DNA of 64,000 nucleotides from an uncultured virus (IMG/VR IMGVR_UViG_3300010356_002077) (lineage: Duplodnaviria; Heunggongvirae; Uroviricota; Caudoviricetes). The DNA lies in IMG/VR virus record IMGVR_UViG_3300010356_002077. One strand, 5' to 3'. Below are positions 27,402 through 36,397 of the stretch, piece by piece; the stretch's first letter is position 1; each line of letters opens with the position of its first letter. The notes below the pieces were generated by a model. It ran no database searches. It had not been told where the DNA came from and saw only the letters and a program-made list of their open reading frames with translations. The translations under genes and the position numbers were made by a program.

Positions 27402-28813
27402 TGTCGGACCCCCTCCAGTACTCCCGACCCGTCGAATCGCGAGAAGGTGCGTTGGTAGAGTTGGAACTTCGCAGACGGGGATTGAAAACAGGCAGGTCCT
27501 CCCGGTTTGAGTTTAGGGGCGCTCTCCTTTCGGCTCAAACTGAGTCCACCCACGAATGGATTGTTGGGGGACCTGCTGAAACTGGGAAAACCTTTGCCCT
27601 GTTGCATCGCCTCAACGACCTGTGTTTGTTGACCCCGTACGGACGAGGCGCGATTGTGCGAAAGGTTCGGGCGGATATGGATTCAACGGTGTTGGAAACG
27701 TGGAATCGCATTTTGTTGACTATGCCGGCGAGTCTGCGTCCGAAGGTTTACGGAGGAACGAAACCAATCCAGTATACGTACGCAAATGGGGCGTGTGTGC
27801 ATATTGTAGGATTGGATAAGGCGTCGAAAGTGTTGTCCGCGGAGAGAGATTGGATTTATGTGAATCAGGCCGAGGAACTTTCGTTGGATGATTGGGAGTA
27901 TTTGCTCACGCGTGTGACCGGACGAGGAGCAGTTTCCCAGACTCCGATGTTGTTTGGAGATTGTAACCCGTCGCACTCCCAACATTGGATCCTGAAACGG
28001 AGTTGCTTGAAGTTGTCCACGACCAAGCACGAGGATAATCCGACGTTGTTTCGGTCGGACGGGATTCCGACAATTCAGGGTCGTCGGACGATGGATATTT
28101 TGGGTTCGTTAACGGGAGTACGTCGAGCTCGGTTGTTTGAGGGGATTTGGCAGTCGGTAGAAGGATTGATTTATCCCGAGTGGGATCGTTCTGTTCATTG
28201 GTTGCCCCGAGAAAAGTGTCCGAGAGACTTTCGTCGGAGGATCCTTAGTGTTGACTTTGGATATACCCACCCGATGGTCGTTCAGTGGTGGGGTGAGGAT
28301 AGTGACGGTCGGTTGTATCGCTACCGCGAGTTGTTCAAAACGCAGACGTTGGTTGAAGATATGGCAAGACGGGTCAAACGGATTAACGCGGGAATGCACG
28401 AGGAAGTAAAGTACGCCGTTTGCGATTGGGATGCGGAAGGACGGGCGACCTTTGAGAAGTATTCCGGACTTAAGACCGTTGCTGCGGATAAGAAAGTGGT
28501 TGAGGGAATCCAGTTGGTACAGAGTCGCATGAAAGTTGTGGCGGATGGAAAACCTCGGGTTTTTCTCGTGCAAGGATCTTTGGTTGAGGAAGATTCGTTG
28601 CTTCGGGCGTCGAAACTTCCTGTTTGTACCGAGGATGAGTTGGATGCGTATATTTGGGGTAGCGGTCGGAAGGAAGAACCGGTTAAGGAAAATGATCACG
28701 GATGCGATTGTGTCCGGTACGCGGTAAGCTATTTTGACGGAAGTCTCGTTCCGTTTCGGGGGTTGTTGGAGTTCTATAATAATACCAATTCGGAAGAGGA
28801 GAGCAAACGATGA
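27398..28813 (+). CDS. Terminase large subunit
   Basis: GGPAETGKT, DCNP, SVDFGYTHP, NDHGCDCVRY. Confidence 0.9.
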   Translation: MMSDPLQYSRPVESREGALVELELRRRGLKTGRSSRFEFRGALLSAQTESTHEWIVGGPAETGKTFALLHRLNDLCLLTPYGRGAIVRKVRADMDSTVLETWNRILLTMPASLRPKVYGGTKPIQYTYANGACVHIVGLDKASKVLSAERDWIYVNQAEELSLDDWEYLLTRVTGRGAVSQTPMLFGDCNPSHSQHWILKRSCLKLSTTKHEDNPTLFRSDGIPTIQGRRTMDILGSLTGVRRARLFEGIWQSVEGLIYPEWDRSVHWLPREKCPRDFRRRILSVDFGYTHPMVVQWWGEDSDGRLYRYRELFKTQTLVEDMARRVKRINAGMHEEVKYAVCDWDAEGRATFEKYSGLKTVAADKKVVEGIQLVQSRMKVVADGKPRVFLVQGSLVEEDSLLRASKLPVCTEDELDAYIWGSGRKEEPVKENDHGCDCVRYAVSYFDGSLVPFRGLLEFYNNTNSEEESKR

Positions 28814-30903
28814 AATTTGCGATAGAATTGAGTTTCGGGAAAGGGAAGAAAGTTGTCGACCTTCCTCTCCCGGCAACGAATGTAAAGGTAGAACCTACAA
28901 TGGTGAGCCCTCCTCCGGAGACGTTCCATCCGTACTACGTTGCCGGAGAACCTCCAATGGCCGCGATCCCTGCGCAGTACAACCAGTACTATTCTCCGAC
29001 GAAGACGGGAGTGCCTTTTTCCGTATGTCGATACTTCGCTACGGAGTGTTTCGGGATGACCATTCCGTTGATGCAACTGCAGAAGGAAGTGCGGAGTGGT
29101 GATTTCACCGTTGCGTACGAAGACGGAAAGGAACTGAGTCCGACCGACAAGAAAACTGTAGACGCGTTTCTGGTGCAACCCGATCCCGAGTTTGGGACGT
29201 TTGACGATTGGGTTTCTGCGTACCTCGCGGACTTTGTCGAGATTGGTTGCGTCGGTTTAGCTCCGTTGGTCGATGGGGTCGGAAAAGCTCGGGGGTTGCG
29301 ACTTGTAGATGCGTCGTTGCTGATTCCAGTGCGGACCGAGGGAGGAATGCTTCCGAAAACACCGGATATCGCGTACGTTTTATATACCGAGGGACAGCAA
29401 TGGCGGGTGTTCTCCCGGGATGAATTAACGTACCGAAAGTTGTTTTCGCGAACGTGGACACCTTTTGGAGTGGGAGTCGTAGAGTTGGTGTTGTCTCTCG
29501 CGATGTTGAGTTTCAACCGAGGAAATTGGTACACGAAACAATACTCCGGATCAGAACTTCCTCCGGGAATGATAACCCTACCGGAAGGTTGGGATGCAGA
29601 AGCGATCAAGTTGTTCGAGAAGAACTTCTGGGCGATATACGCAGCGGCGAAGAACGGTAGGAAGTTGGTCTTTGCTCCGGACAAGACGAAGTACACGGAA
29701 ATGCGAACCAGTCCGGAGTGGAAGTACGAGTTTGATGAATTCATAATGCGGATGGCGAGTTGGGCGATTGGAATTGCCGCTACTCCGATCGTCAAAAACG
29801 CCACGTTGGGTCAGGGGAGTGAGGGACTCGAGAAAGTTTCGGTTGCTTCCGGAGCGTGGTTTTACGGAACGAGTGTCGCGAAATCGCTAACGGAGTACAT
29901 TCAGAACGAGCGAACTGGAACGACCACATTGGGTGCTCCGATCAAACTCGGATTGGGATTGAAAAGGGTGGTGGTGTCGTACTCCCCGAACAATTATAAG
30001 TCCCCGGGTGCGGAGTTGTCGGAGGCGTTGGATTTGTTCGATCGGACAGCAATTACTACGGACGAACTTCGTAGTCTCCGAGGTTGGCCCGCGAACAAGA
30101 AGATTCAGGGACGTCCGATGCCGTCACCGAATCAACCGGCAGTAAAGCCAACCGAACCTCCCTCGTCTAAAGATAATGAATCTGAGGATCCGGAAGCGTC
30201 TTTGGTTTATCGGTTTGCTGCTCGAAAGGCCGCGAAACGTAGGAAGCGGAGTTCTCAGGACGTCCAGTTGCTAAAAGCTCAGGGATATGTGTTGTTCGAT
30301 CGCATCTACAAACGGAAGGTGAAATCGCACGTTCCGCAGATGATCCAGTGGTTCGAACACGCACAGAAAACTTCCAGTAGCGATGATGGTACCGAGTTCG
30401 AGTTCACCGAACAGGAACTTAAAGATATCAAGAGTTGGTTGAAAAGTGGTGTTCGTTTAGGTGGTCGGGGAGTTCTTATGGAAGAGGAACTTCTCGCGTT
30501 CGTGGAGTCGCGTAGTGGAGAGTTGTTAACGCGAGGTGGAAGTCAGTACGTTCTTGCTACTCTGCAGAGTGAATTGAAGACTCTACTCGAGGGGGCCGTT
30601 TCGGAAGGTTGGACGGTTGGAGAGTTACGAGAAGGGTTAGATCAGTTTATGGTGGACGAGGTTCCTTCTCGTGCACTTACGATCGCCCGAACGGAAGTCG
30701 GGAACGTGTTCAATGGCGGTAGTTTGAGTGCAATGGAGAAACTCGGAGTTACCCACGTTATGGTACTTGATGGTGCGGGATGTGAGGCCTGTCGGATGGC
30801 GGATGGACAGATTTGGACGATCGCAGAAGCCAAAGAAAGATTGCTCGAGCATCCCGATTGTGAACGGGACTTTGTTGAAGTGGAAGAGGAGGACCTGGTA
30901 TGA
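28810..30903 (+). CDS. Portal protein fused to a Mu gpF/SPP1 gp7-like domain
   Basis: Position after TerL; C-terminal RALTIARTE...CEAC...HPDC. Confidence 0.75.
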   Translation: MKFAIELSFGKGKKVVDLPLPATNVKVEPTMVSPPPETFHPYYVAGEPPMAAIPAQYNQYYSPTKTGVPFSVCRYFATECFGMTIPLMQLQKEVRSGDFTVAYEDGKELSPTDKKTVDAFLVQPDPEFGTFDDWVSAYLADFVEIGCVGLAPLVDGVGKARGLRLVDASLLIPVRTEGGMLPKTPDIAYVLYTEGQQWRVFSRDELTYRKLFSRTWTPFGVGVVELVLSLAMLSFNRGNWYTKQYSGSELPPGMITLPEGWDAEAIKLFEKNFWAIYAAAKNGRKLVFAPDKTKYTEMRTSPEWKYEFDEFIMRMASWAIGIAATPIVKNATLGQGSEGLEKVSVASGAWFYGTSVAKSLTEYIQNERTGTTTLGAPIKLGLGLKRVVVSYSPNNYKSPGAELSEALDLFDRTAITTDELRSLRGWPANKKIQGRPMPSPNQPAVKPTEPPSSKDNESEDPEASLVYRFAARKAAKRRKRSSQDVQLLKAQGYVLFDRIYKRKVKSHVPQMIQWFEHAQKTSSSDDGTEFEFTEQELKDIKSWLKSGVRLGGRGVLMEEELLAFVESRSGELLTRGGSQYVLATLQSELKTLLEGAVSEGWTVGELREGLDQFMVDEVPSRALTIARTEVGNVFNGGSLSAMEKLGVTHVMVLDGAGCEACRMADGQIWTIAEAKERLLEHPDCERDFVEVEEEDLV

Positions 30904-31880
30904 TAGACGTGCGAAAGGAGTTGCGATACCAGTTTGTCATAAAAAGTGTTCTCAATGACGGAATACTTATTCGAGGTGTCGCTACCGACGAAACTCCCGA
31001 CTGCGAGAACGAGATTATCGATTATGACAGTGCAAAGGCGGCCTTCCAGGAATGGGAGAAGGTTGGCAACGTTCGGGTTATGCACCAGTTGGTCGCGGCG
31101 GGAGTTACCCGGAAAGTCGAGTACGATGATGAAGCCCGGAGGATTACGGTAGAGGTCTTCATTTCTTCCGGTAACCCGGAAGCTATTAAACTCGTACAAG
31201 CCGGGGTACTTAAATACTTCTCGATCGGTGCTCGGTATGATTGGGATCGGAAAGCGATACCGATCACTCTACCCGGTGGAGAAATCGTTTGGAGGGTGTT
31301 CCTCAAATCGATGTTCGAACTGAGTATCGTCGACATCGGTTGCAATCCGGGTACGCCCTTCGAGATTCTAAAAGCTTGGCACTTACAGAAAGGAGGTACT
31401 AATATGTTCGAGTTAACGAAGGAACTCTGGGAAGGTCTCGTTACCCGCACTGGGGATCTCGAGAAGACACTGAACCTTTTGAAGGAATCGGGTGAGGTGG
31501 TACTCAAGACCCAGGGGGTGCACTCGAAGAGTATCGAGGAACTCGTCGGGTGTAAGAAGTGTGTCGAAGAAACCGGCGCCAAGGTTACGGAGATGGAGAA
31601 GCACGCGACCTCACTGAAGGAGAAGACCGAGGGTGTAGAAAAGACCCTCGCGGAACTTCAGAAGAGCGTCACCGTCATCACGGAGCTTTCAAAAACGATT
31701 TCGGATCTGAAGACCGAAGTCGAAGCTCTGAAGTCTCACATCAAAGAACCGGGTACGACGGTCAACAATTCTCTCACAATCGACGCACTCATCCCGGCAC
31801 TGCAGAAAGTCGGTGGTAACGAAGAAATCATCAAGTTCGCAACAGCGATTCTTGCAAGTAGCAAGAAGAAAGGAGCGTGA
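30900..31880 (+). CDS. Prohead protease plus coiled-coil scaffold
   Basis: VRVMH, YFSIG and ELSIVD..CNP motifs; coiled-coil C-terminus. Confidence 0.8.
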   Translation: MIDVRKELRYQFVIKSVLNDGILIRGVATDETPDCENEIIDYDSAKAAFQEWEKVGNVRVMHQLVAAGVTRKVEYDDEARRITVEVFISSGNPEAIKLVQAGVLKYFSIGARYDWDRKAIPITLPGGEIVWRVFLKSMFELSIVDIGCNPGTPFEILKAWHLQKGGTNMFELTKELWEGLVTRTGDLEKTLNLLKESGEVVLKTQGVHSKSIEELVGCKKCVEETGAKVTEMEKHATSLKEKTEGVEKTLAELQKSVTVITELSKTISDLKTEVEALKSHIKEPGTTVNNSLTIDALIPALQKVGGNEEIIKFATAILASSKKKGA

Positions 31881-33448
31881 GTATGTTAGAGAACTGGAAA
31901 GCTCTGCTAGAGGCTTCCGGCCTCAAAGTGGAGGATGTCCGAAGAGCATTCAAAGCCGGGACAACCATCGAGATCGCCTCGGGTCTCTATGGAACCTCGC
32001 TAGAACCGCTCGTTCGGATGCTCATCCCGACACTGGACGGATGGGTGAGGCGCGTTCCCCGTAAAAATCTCGAGACGGGTCTCACGCAGACGTTCAAGAA
32101 GATCACCGGGGTGACCCTCCAGGGAAAGGGAACGGTCGCAAATGGAACGAGAGGTAACTCCGCATCCATTACGACCGGTTCGAAGACGATCCACTTGGGT
32201 AACCTCACCAGTGGAGTTTTCTCGACCGATCTCCAGACGGAGAAGACCGGGGGCACGTATGAGGACATCGTTGCCCGGTTGCAGGTCCTGAAGCTCATGA
32301 ACGCACTTCGAACGGAAAACAATCACATTCTCGGTGGAAACGTTTACGCCCTAGCAGTTCCGGCGGTAACGGTAGCCGAGAATACCTCGGTTGCGGGAGT
32401 GCTCGATCACGCCGCGACGTATTACATTTACGTCCGTGCGTTGACAGCAAACGCCGCAAACAAAGCACTTCTCGGACAGCTGTATCCGATTCCCGGTCCG
32501 ACAAAGTCCAGTACCTACTACACGATCGATCCTTCGAAGATCTGCGGTGGTTCTCCGAGTGCAGACTTGCTGGACGGGTATTCAGCTCCCTCCACCGTCG
32601 ATGCACTTGCTACCCCCGTTGCGACGAGCTCCATTGACATTTCGTGGAGTCCGATCCCGGGTGCGGTTGCATACGCGATCTTCATCGGAACGACCACGGG
32701 CATCACAAACGCGGCACTCCAGTGCGTCACCGCACAGTGCAACGTAACCCTGCTAAACGTGAGCACCGGTGGAACAAAAGCTTCCGCCACCACCACGTAT
32801 TACGACGGGTACGGTGTGGCACAGACGGCAGACGCAACTGGAGACACTTCCGCCGACACGAACGACTACGAGGGCATTCTCTCCAGTCTGTACGGTCTGG
32901 ACGGGGCAGGAACGTGCACCCCTTCAGGTTGTTACCTCAAGCATCTGGGTGCCCAGCTCTCGACCGCCGCCGGAACCGGTATCGCCGAAATCGATGAAAT
33001 GTTGGTTTCGCAGTTCTACAACATGCTTCTCAACGACGATGTTACCATTCTCTGCGGGGGTCTCACTCGTAAGTCGATCAACCGGTCTTTCGGTACCGCG
33101 ACAACCGGAGCAACTCTCAACTTGGTCGCTCCGAACACGAACGGAGCACAGAACTCCGTCGCCGGTCTGTACGTGGTCAAGTACATCCACCCGGTCACTC
33201 AGCGCCTCATCAATATCGAGACCGATCCCGGACTGGCGGACGGTATCATCCTTAGCATGCCGAACTCCGTACCGTACGCCGACAGCGGAATCACGGATCT
33301 ATTGACGCTCTGGGATTTGTACGATTGGCTCGCACTCGACTATGCGATGACGAGACCCAAGAAAGAGGGCGAGTTGCAGAAACGTGGCGGACTGATGAAC
33401 TACGCACCTACGGCGTGGGGCATCATCGACAACATTTACGCAGGATAG
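31877..33448 (+). CDS. Major capsid protein with inserted beta-rich domain
   Basis: Follows the protease; E..ILGG motif followed by an FN3-like segment (ISWSPIPGAVAYAIF). Confidence 0.65.
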   Translation: MSMLENWKALLEASGLKVEDVRRAFKAGTTIEIASGLYGTSLEPLVRMLIPTLDGWVRRVPRKNLETGLTQTFKKITGVTLQGKGTVANGTRGNSASITTGSKTIHLGNLTSGVFSTDLQTEKTGGTYEDIVARLQVLKLMNALRTENNHILGGNVYALAVPAVTVAENTSVAGVLDHAATYYIYVRALTANAANKALLGQLYPIPGPTKSSTYYTIDPSKICGGSPSADLLDGYSAPSTVDALATPVATSSIDISWSPIPGAVAYAIFIGTTTGITNAALQCVTAQCNVTLLNVSTGGTKASATTTYYDGYGVAQTADATGDTSADTNDYEGILSSLYGLDGAGTCTPSGCYLKHLGAQLSTAAGTGIAEIDEMLVSQFYNMLLNDDVTILCGGLTRKSINRSFGTATTGATLNLVAPNTNGAQNSVAGLYVVKYIHPVTQRLINIETDPGLADGIILSMPNSVPYADSGITDLLTLWDLYDWLALDYAMTRPKKEGELQKRGGLMNYAPTAWGIIDNIYAG

Positions 33449-33457
33449 GAGCACGCG

Positions 33458-34060
33458 ATGACTGAAGCCGCGACCCTTATCACAAAAGACGAGTTGTTCG
33501 CACTTATGGCGCCAACCAGTTCACTCAAGGGGTCGGGTTCTATCGACATCTGCATCGAGGCTGCCAGTTCTTGGGTAGTTGGAGAGTTGGGTGTTCCCGT
33601 ACTGGAAGCAGTCTTTACGGAGCACCCAACTTCCGACAACGAGATTCTTCTCGGACTAAAAGCCTATCCCGTAACTGCAATAAGTTCTCTTACTTATCAG
33701 GGTGCACCCCTTTTGTGGTTCAGCGATGACATAACCGGTTCTACGGGTGCGTACAACACGTACGACATTTGGGTGTACTCCAAGTGGGGCATTCTGATGA
33801 GCAAGAACAACCTCTTCTCGCGTTGGCCGGGAGACTTCTTGATCACTTACACCGCGGGATACAAATGTTCGGTCGTTCCGAGGGATCTCAAAATGGCCAC
33901 CGCCATAGTTGCGCATCTTCTCGCGATTGAACCAAATCGTGTAGGTGTCGGTGCAAAAACGATGGGACCCGAACAGATCTCAATGATCGTCCGTAACGCA
34001 AAGGAGTACACGACCATGGTAACCGATGCGATCGCGCACAACCGGAGAAAGGTGCTATGA
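33458..34060 (+). CDS. Head-tail adaptor
   Basis: ITYTAGY...VPRDLK motif. Confidence 0.7.
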   Translation: MTEAATLITKDELFALMAPTSSLKGSGSIDICIEAASSWVVGELGVPVLEAVFTEHPTSDNEILLGLKAYPVTAISSLTYQGAPLLWFSDDITGSTGAYNTYDIWVYSKWGILMSKNNLFSRWPGDFLITYTAGYKCSVVPRDLKMATAIVAHLLAIEPNRVGVGAKTMGPEQISMIVRNAKEYTTMVTDAIAHNRRKVL

Positions 34061-34695
34061 CCACCCAGAGTCAGGAAGCCCTTTTACGACAAATCGATGT
34101 TGTCCGGAAGGTTCTCGGACGACTCGCGGTTGAGACTCGCGGGATGAAGGATCTCAAGTTGCGGTTTCTTCGACTAGTAAAACTCCACGCACTTGCGAAT
34201 CTCAGTGGTCGTCTCGTACAGACAAGAACGGGACAACTCCGAAGAACGGTAAATCACACGGGATTTGAAACCCAAGGCAATGCCCTGTGTTGGGGATTGC
34301 AGGAAGGGTCGGAGCAAGTCGGAATTGCGGTGACCCTCGAAGAGGGAAAGACTATTCTCCCGAAGAACGGAAAGAGTTTGCGTATTCCTTTAAAGGCGGC
34401 GATGACCGCAAAGGGTGTCGATCGGTTGCTCGGAATTAAACTCCGCGAACACGACATTTGGAAGGAGTACCGGTTGTTAACGTTTTCGGGACCCCACCAG
34501 AACGTCATTTGGCGTAAGAGTGGTTCGGGTGACGTCTTTTCCGGTGGTGCTTTTGCTCCGTGGTACCTGTTGGTGCGCTCGGTATCGATTCGGGGTCGGT
34601 TCTGGTTGAAGCGGGCAGTGGACGAAAGTTTCGGAAGTTTAGATGAGTTCTCACGGAACGAATTGGAAAAGGCGATTCGGGGAGAAATGTCATGA
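34057..34695 (+). CDS. Neck / tail completion protein
   Basis: RTGQLR and LEEG motifs; gene order. Confidence 0.55.
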   Translation: MTTQSQEALLRQIDVVRKVLGRLAVETRGMKDLKLRFLRLVKLHALANLSGRLVQTRTGQLRRTVNHTGFETQGNALCWGLQEGSEQVGIAVTLEEGKTILPKNGKSLRIPLKAAMTAKGVDRLLGIKLREHDIWKEYRLLTFSGPHQNVIWRKSGSGDVFSGGAFAPWYLLVRSVSIRGRFWLKRAVDESFGSLDEFSRNELEKAIRGEMS

Positions 34696-35132
34696 CTACG
34701 TATGTGAGCGTTCGGGAAGAACAAATTGAGTTCCTAGAGGATGCTCTAACTGTCGCGTTACAAGCGAAGTATGCGGAGTCCAGTCCAATTGCAACGCGAG
34801 ATCTTTCTCGGGATCCTCAGACGTTCCTTCCCGAAGAACTACCGCGACTTCTTATCTTGGAGGGGTACCGTAAGAAAGTTGATCCGGAATGTTTTATGTA
34901 CCAACTCGCGTTAACTCTCGTTTTGATTGTACGAACGAGTGAGGTTTTCGAGGATCAACTCCACACCGGGTACGAGTTGGAGAGGTGGATGGATACGTTC
35001 CTCCCGACACTTAACCGGTCCGGAATAACGGTTGTCCAAGTTGAGGGACAATCTACGAATATTCAGTACGGAGAACGCGAAGTAATTTTGTCTTACGAAG
35101 CGACACTAATCTATGTAGAAGGGAGGTACTAA
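34692..35132 (+). CDS. Putative tail terminator
   Basis: Size and position upstream of the tail tube. Confidence 0.45.
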   Translation: MTTYVSVREEQIEFLEDALTVALQAKYAESSPIATRDLSRDPQTFLPEELPRLLILEGYRKKVDPECFMYQLALTLVLIVRTSEVFEDQLHTGYELERWMDTFLPTLNRSGITVVQVEGQSTNIQYGEREVILSYEATLIYVEGRY

Positions 35133-35133
35133 A

Positions 35134-35760
35134 ATGCCGTTACCAACTCAGAACACCCTTGATTACATTAAGGGGACCTATCCATACTTTCAACTCGCTC
35201 CTTACGTGTCCGCGGGTGTAGAGGCGTCTTCATTTATTGACATCGGTTCGATGTCGGACGTTAGCGTCGACACGGAAGGTACCGTAAACGAGTTAGTGGT
35301 AGACACCTGCCCGTTTCCGGTAGACGCTTGGATAAGTTCCGTCAAGGCGACGATTAAGGGAACTCTGCACGAAGCGGACGCGCGAAAACTCGCGATCGTT
35401 CTGAATCAGTATGATGCGGGACTTGGAGGTTTTGCGGATCCCGACAACCCCGAAATCACCGCACGCGTCGGGGGTACTACAGACGGAACAATGGTGACGC
35501 GAGTTGGAATGCCGACTCTCGCATATTGGCAGGTGAAGCTGACTTTGGACGATCAGTCCTTTAAGTCGGTCCTGCCAAGTGGTGACACCTACACGAAGCG
35601 GTATTACAACATTTGGAAAGTGATGATCGTTCCAAAGGCCGCGCACACGTTCAAACCGACGGATCACGTCAAGACGGGATTTGAGATGAGAGTTCTCTAC
35701 GACAGTTCTGTCGCGACGGACGACAAACTTTACAAGATCACCGATTTCCTGGCGAAGTGA
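35134..35760 (+). CDS. Major tail tube protein
   Basis: Beta-rich 208 aa; gene order. Confidence 0.6.
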   Translation: MPLPTQNTLDYIKGTYPYFQLAPYVSAGVEASSFIDIGSMSDVSVDTEGTVNELVVDTCPFPVDAWISSVKATIKGTLHEADARKLAIVLNQYDAGLGGFADPDNPEITARVGGTTDGTMVTRVGMPTLAYWQVKLTLDDQSFKSVLPSGDTYTKRYYNIWKVMIVPKAAHTFKPTDHVKTGFEMRVLYDSSVATDDKLYKITDFLAK

Positions 35761-35770
35761 GGAGTCCGGG

Positions 35771-36397
35771 GTGAGTTACGAACGGTACCTTGTCAAAAAG
35801 CGGGCGATACCAATCCGTCGGTGGTGGATGAGAACCGCTCGGGAACTGATCGTCAAACCGTTAAGTTTGAAGCAGTTCCTCCTGTTTTTGGACTTTGCTC
35901 CCAAACTCGACAAGTTCATTGGAGGGAGCATTTTTCTCACTCCCTCTAATGAACTTTCGACGAATTTGGATTTCCTTCGTCCGCTGGTGCCGTTAATTTG
36001 TCCTGGAGGAACGGTCGGAGTAAGACTAAACGACCGAGAACTCGCAACGTTATGGCAGGTGTTCGCGGAGGTGAATCATTTGGAGTACCTCTACTCTCGT
36101 CTTCACGAACTTACTCAGGGCAAACCCTCCCAGACCACTTTTGGTCGGTCCCTCAGTACTTTCTGTTCGTACTTTCCTGCGTACCGGATCGACGACGTTT
36201 TGAATGAACCCGCGCACCGACTTTATCAAGTTTTGGACGACCTCGAGAAGGATCCCGGGGATACCGAATCTCCTCTTGAGTATCGGAATATGACCGACCA
36301 GGAAATGGACCGGTTAGTCGGATCGGTTACTCAAGAAGAGGTAGATGCGATACGAACCGAATTGAAGGGAGGACCTCGTGCCAGAGTATCTAATTAG
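35771..36397 (+). CDS. Putative tail assembly chaperone
   Basis: Between tail tube and TMP. Confidence 0.45.
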   Translation: MSYERYLVKKRAIPIRRWWMRTARELIVKPLSLKQFLLFLDFAPKLDKFIGGSIFLTPSNELSTNLDFLRPLVPLICPGGTVGVRLNDRELATLWQVFAEVNHLEYLYSRLHELTQGKPSQTTFGRSLSTFCSYFPAYRIDDVLNEPAHRLYQVLDDLEKDPGDTESPLEYRNMTDQEMDRLVGSVTQEEVDAIRTELKGGPRARVSN

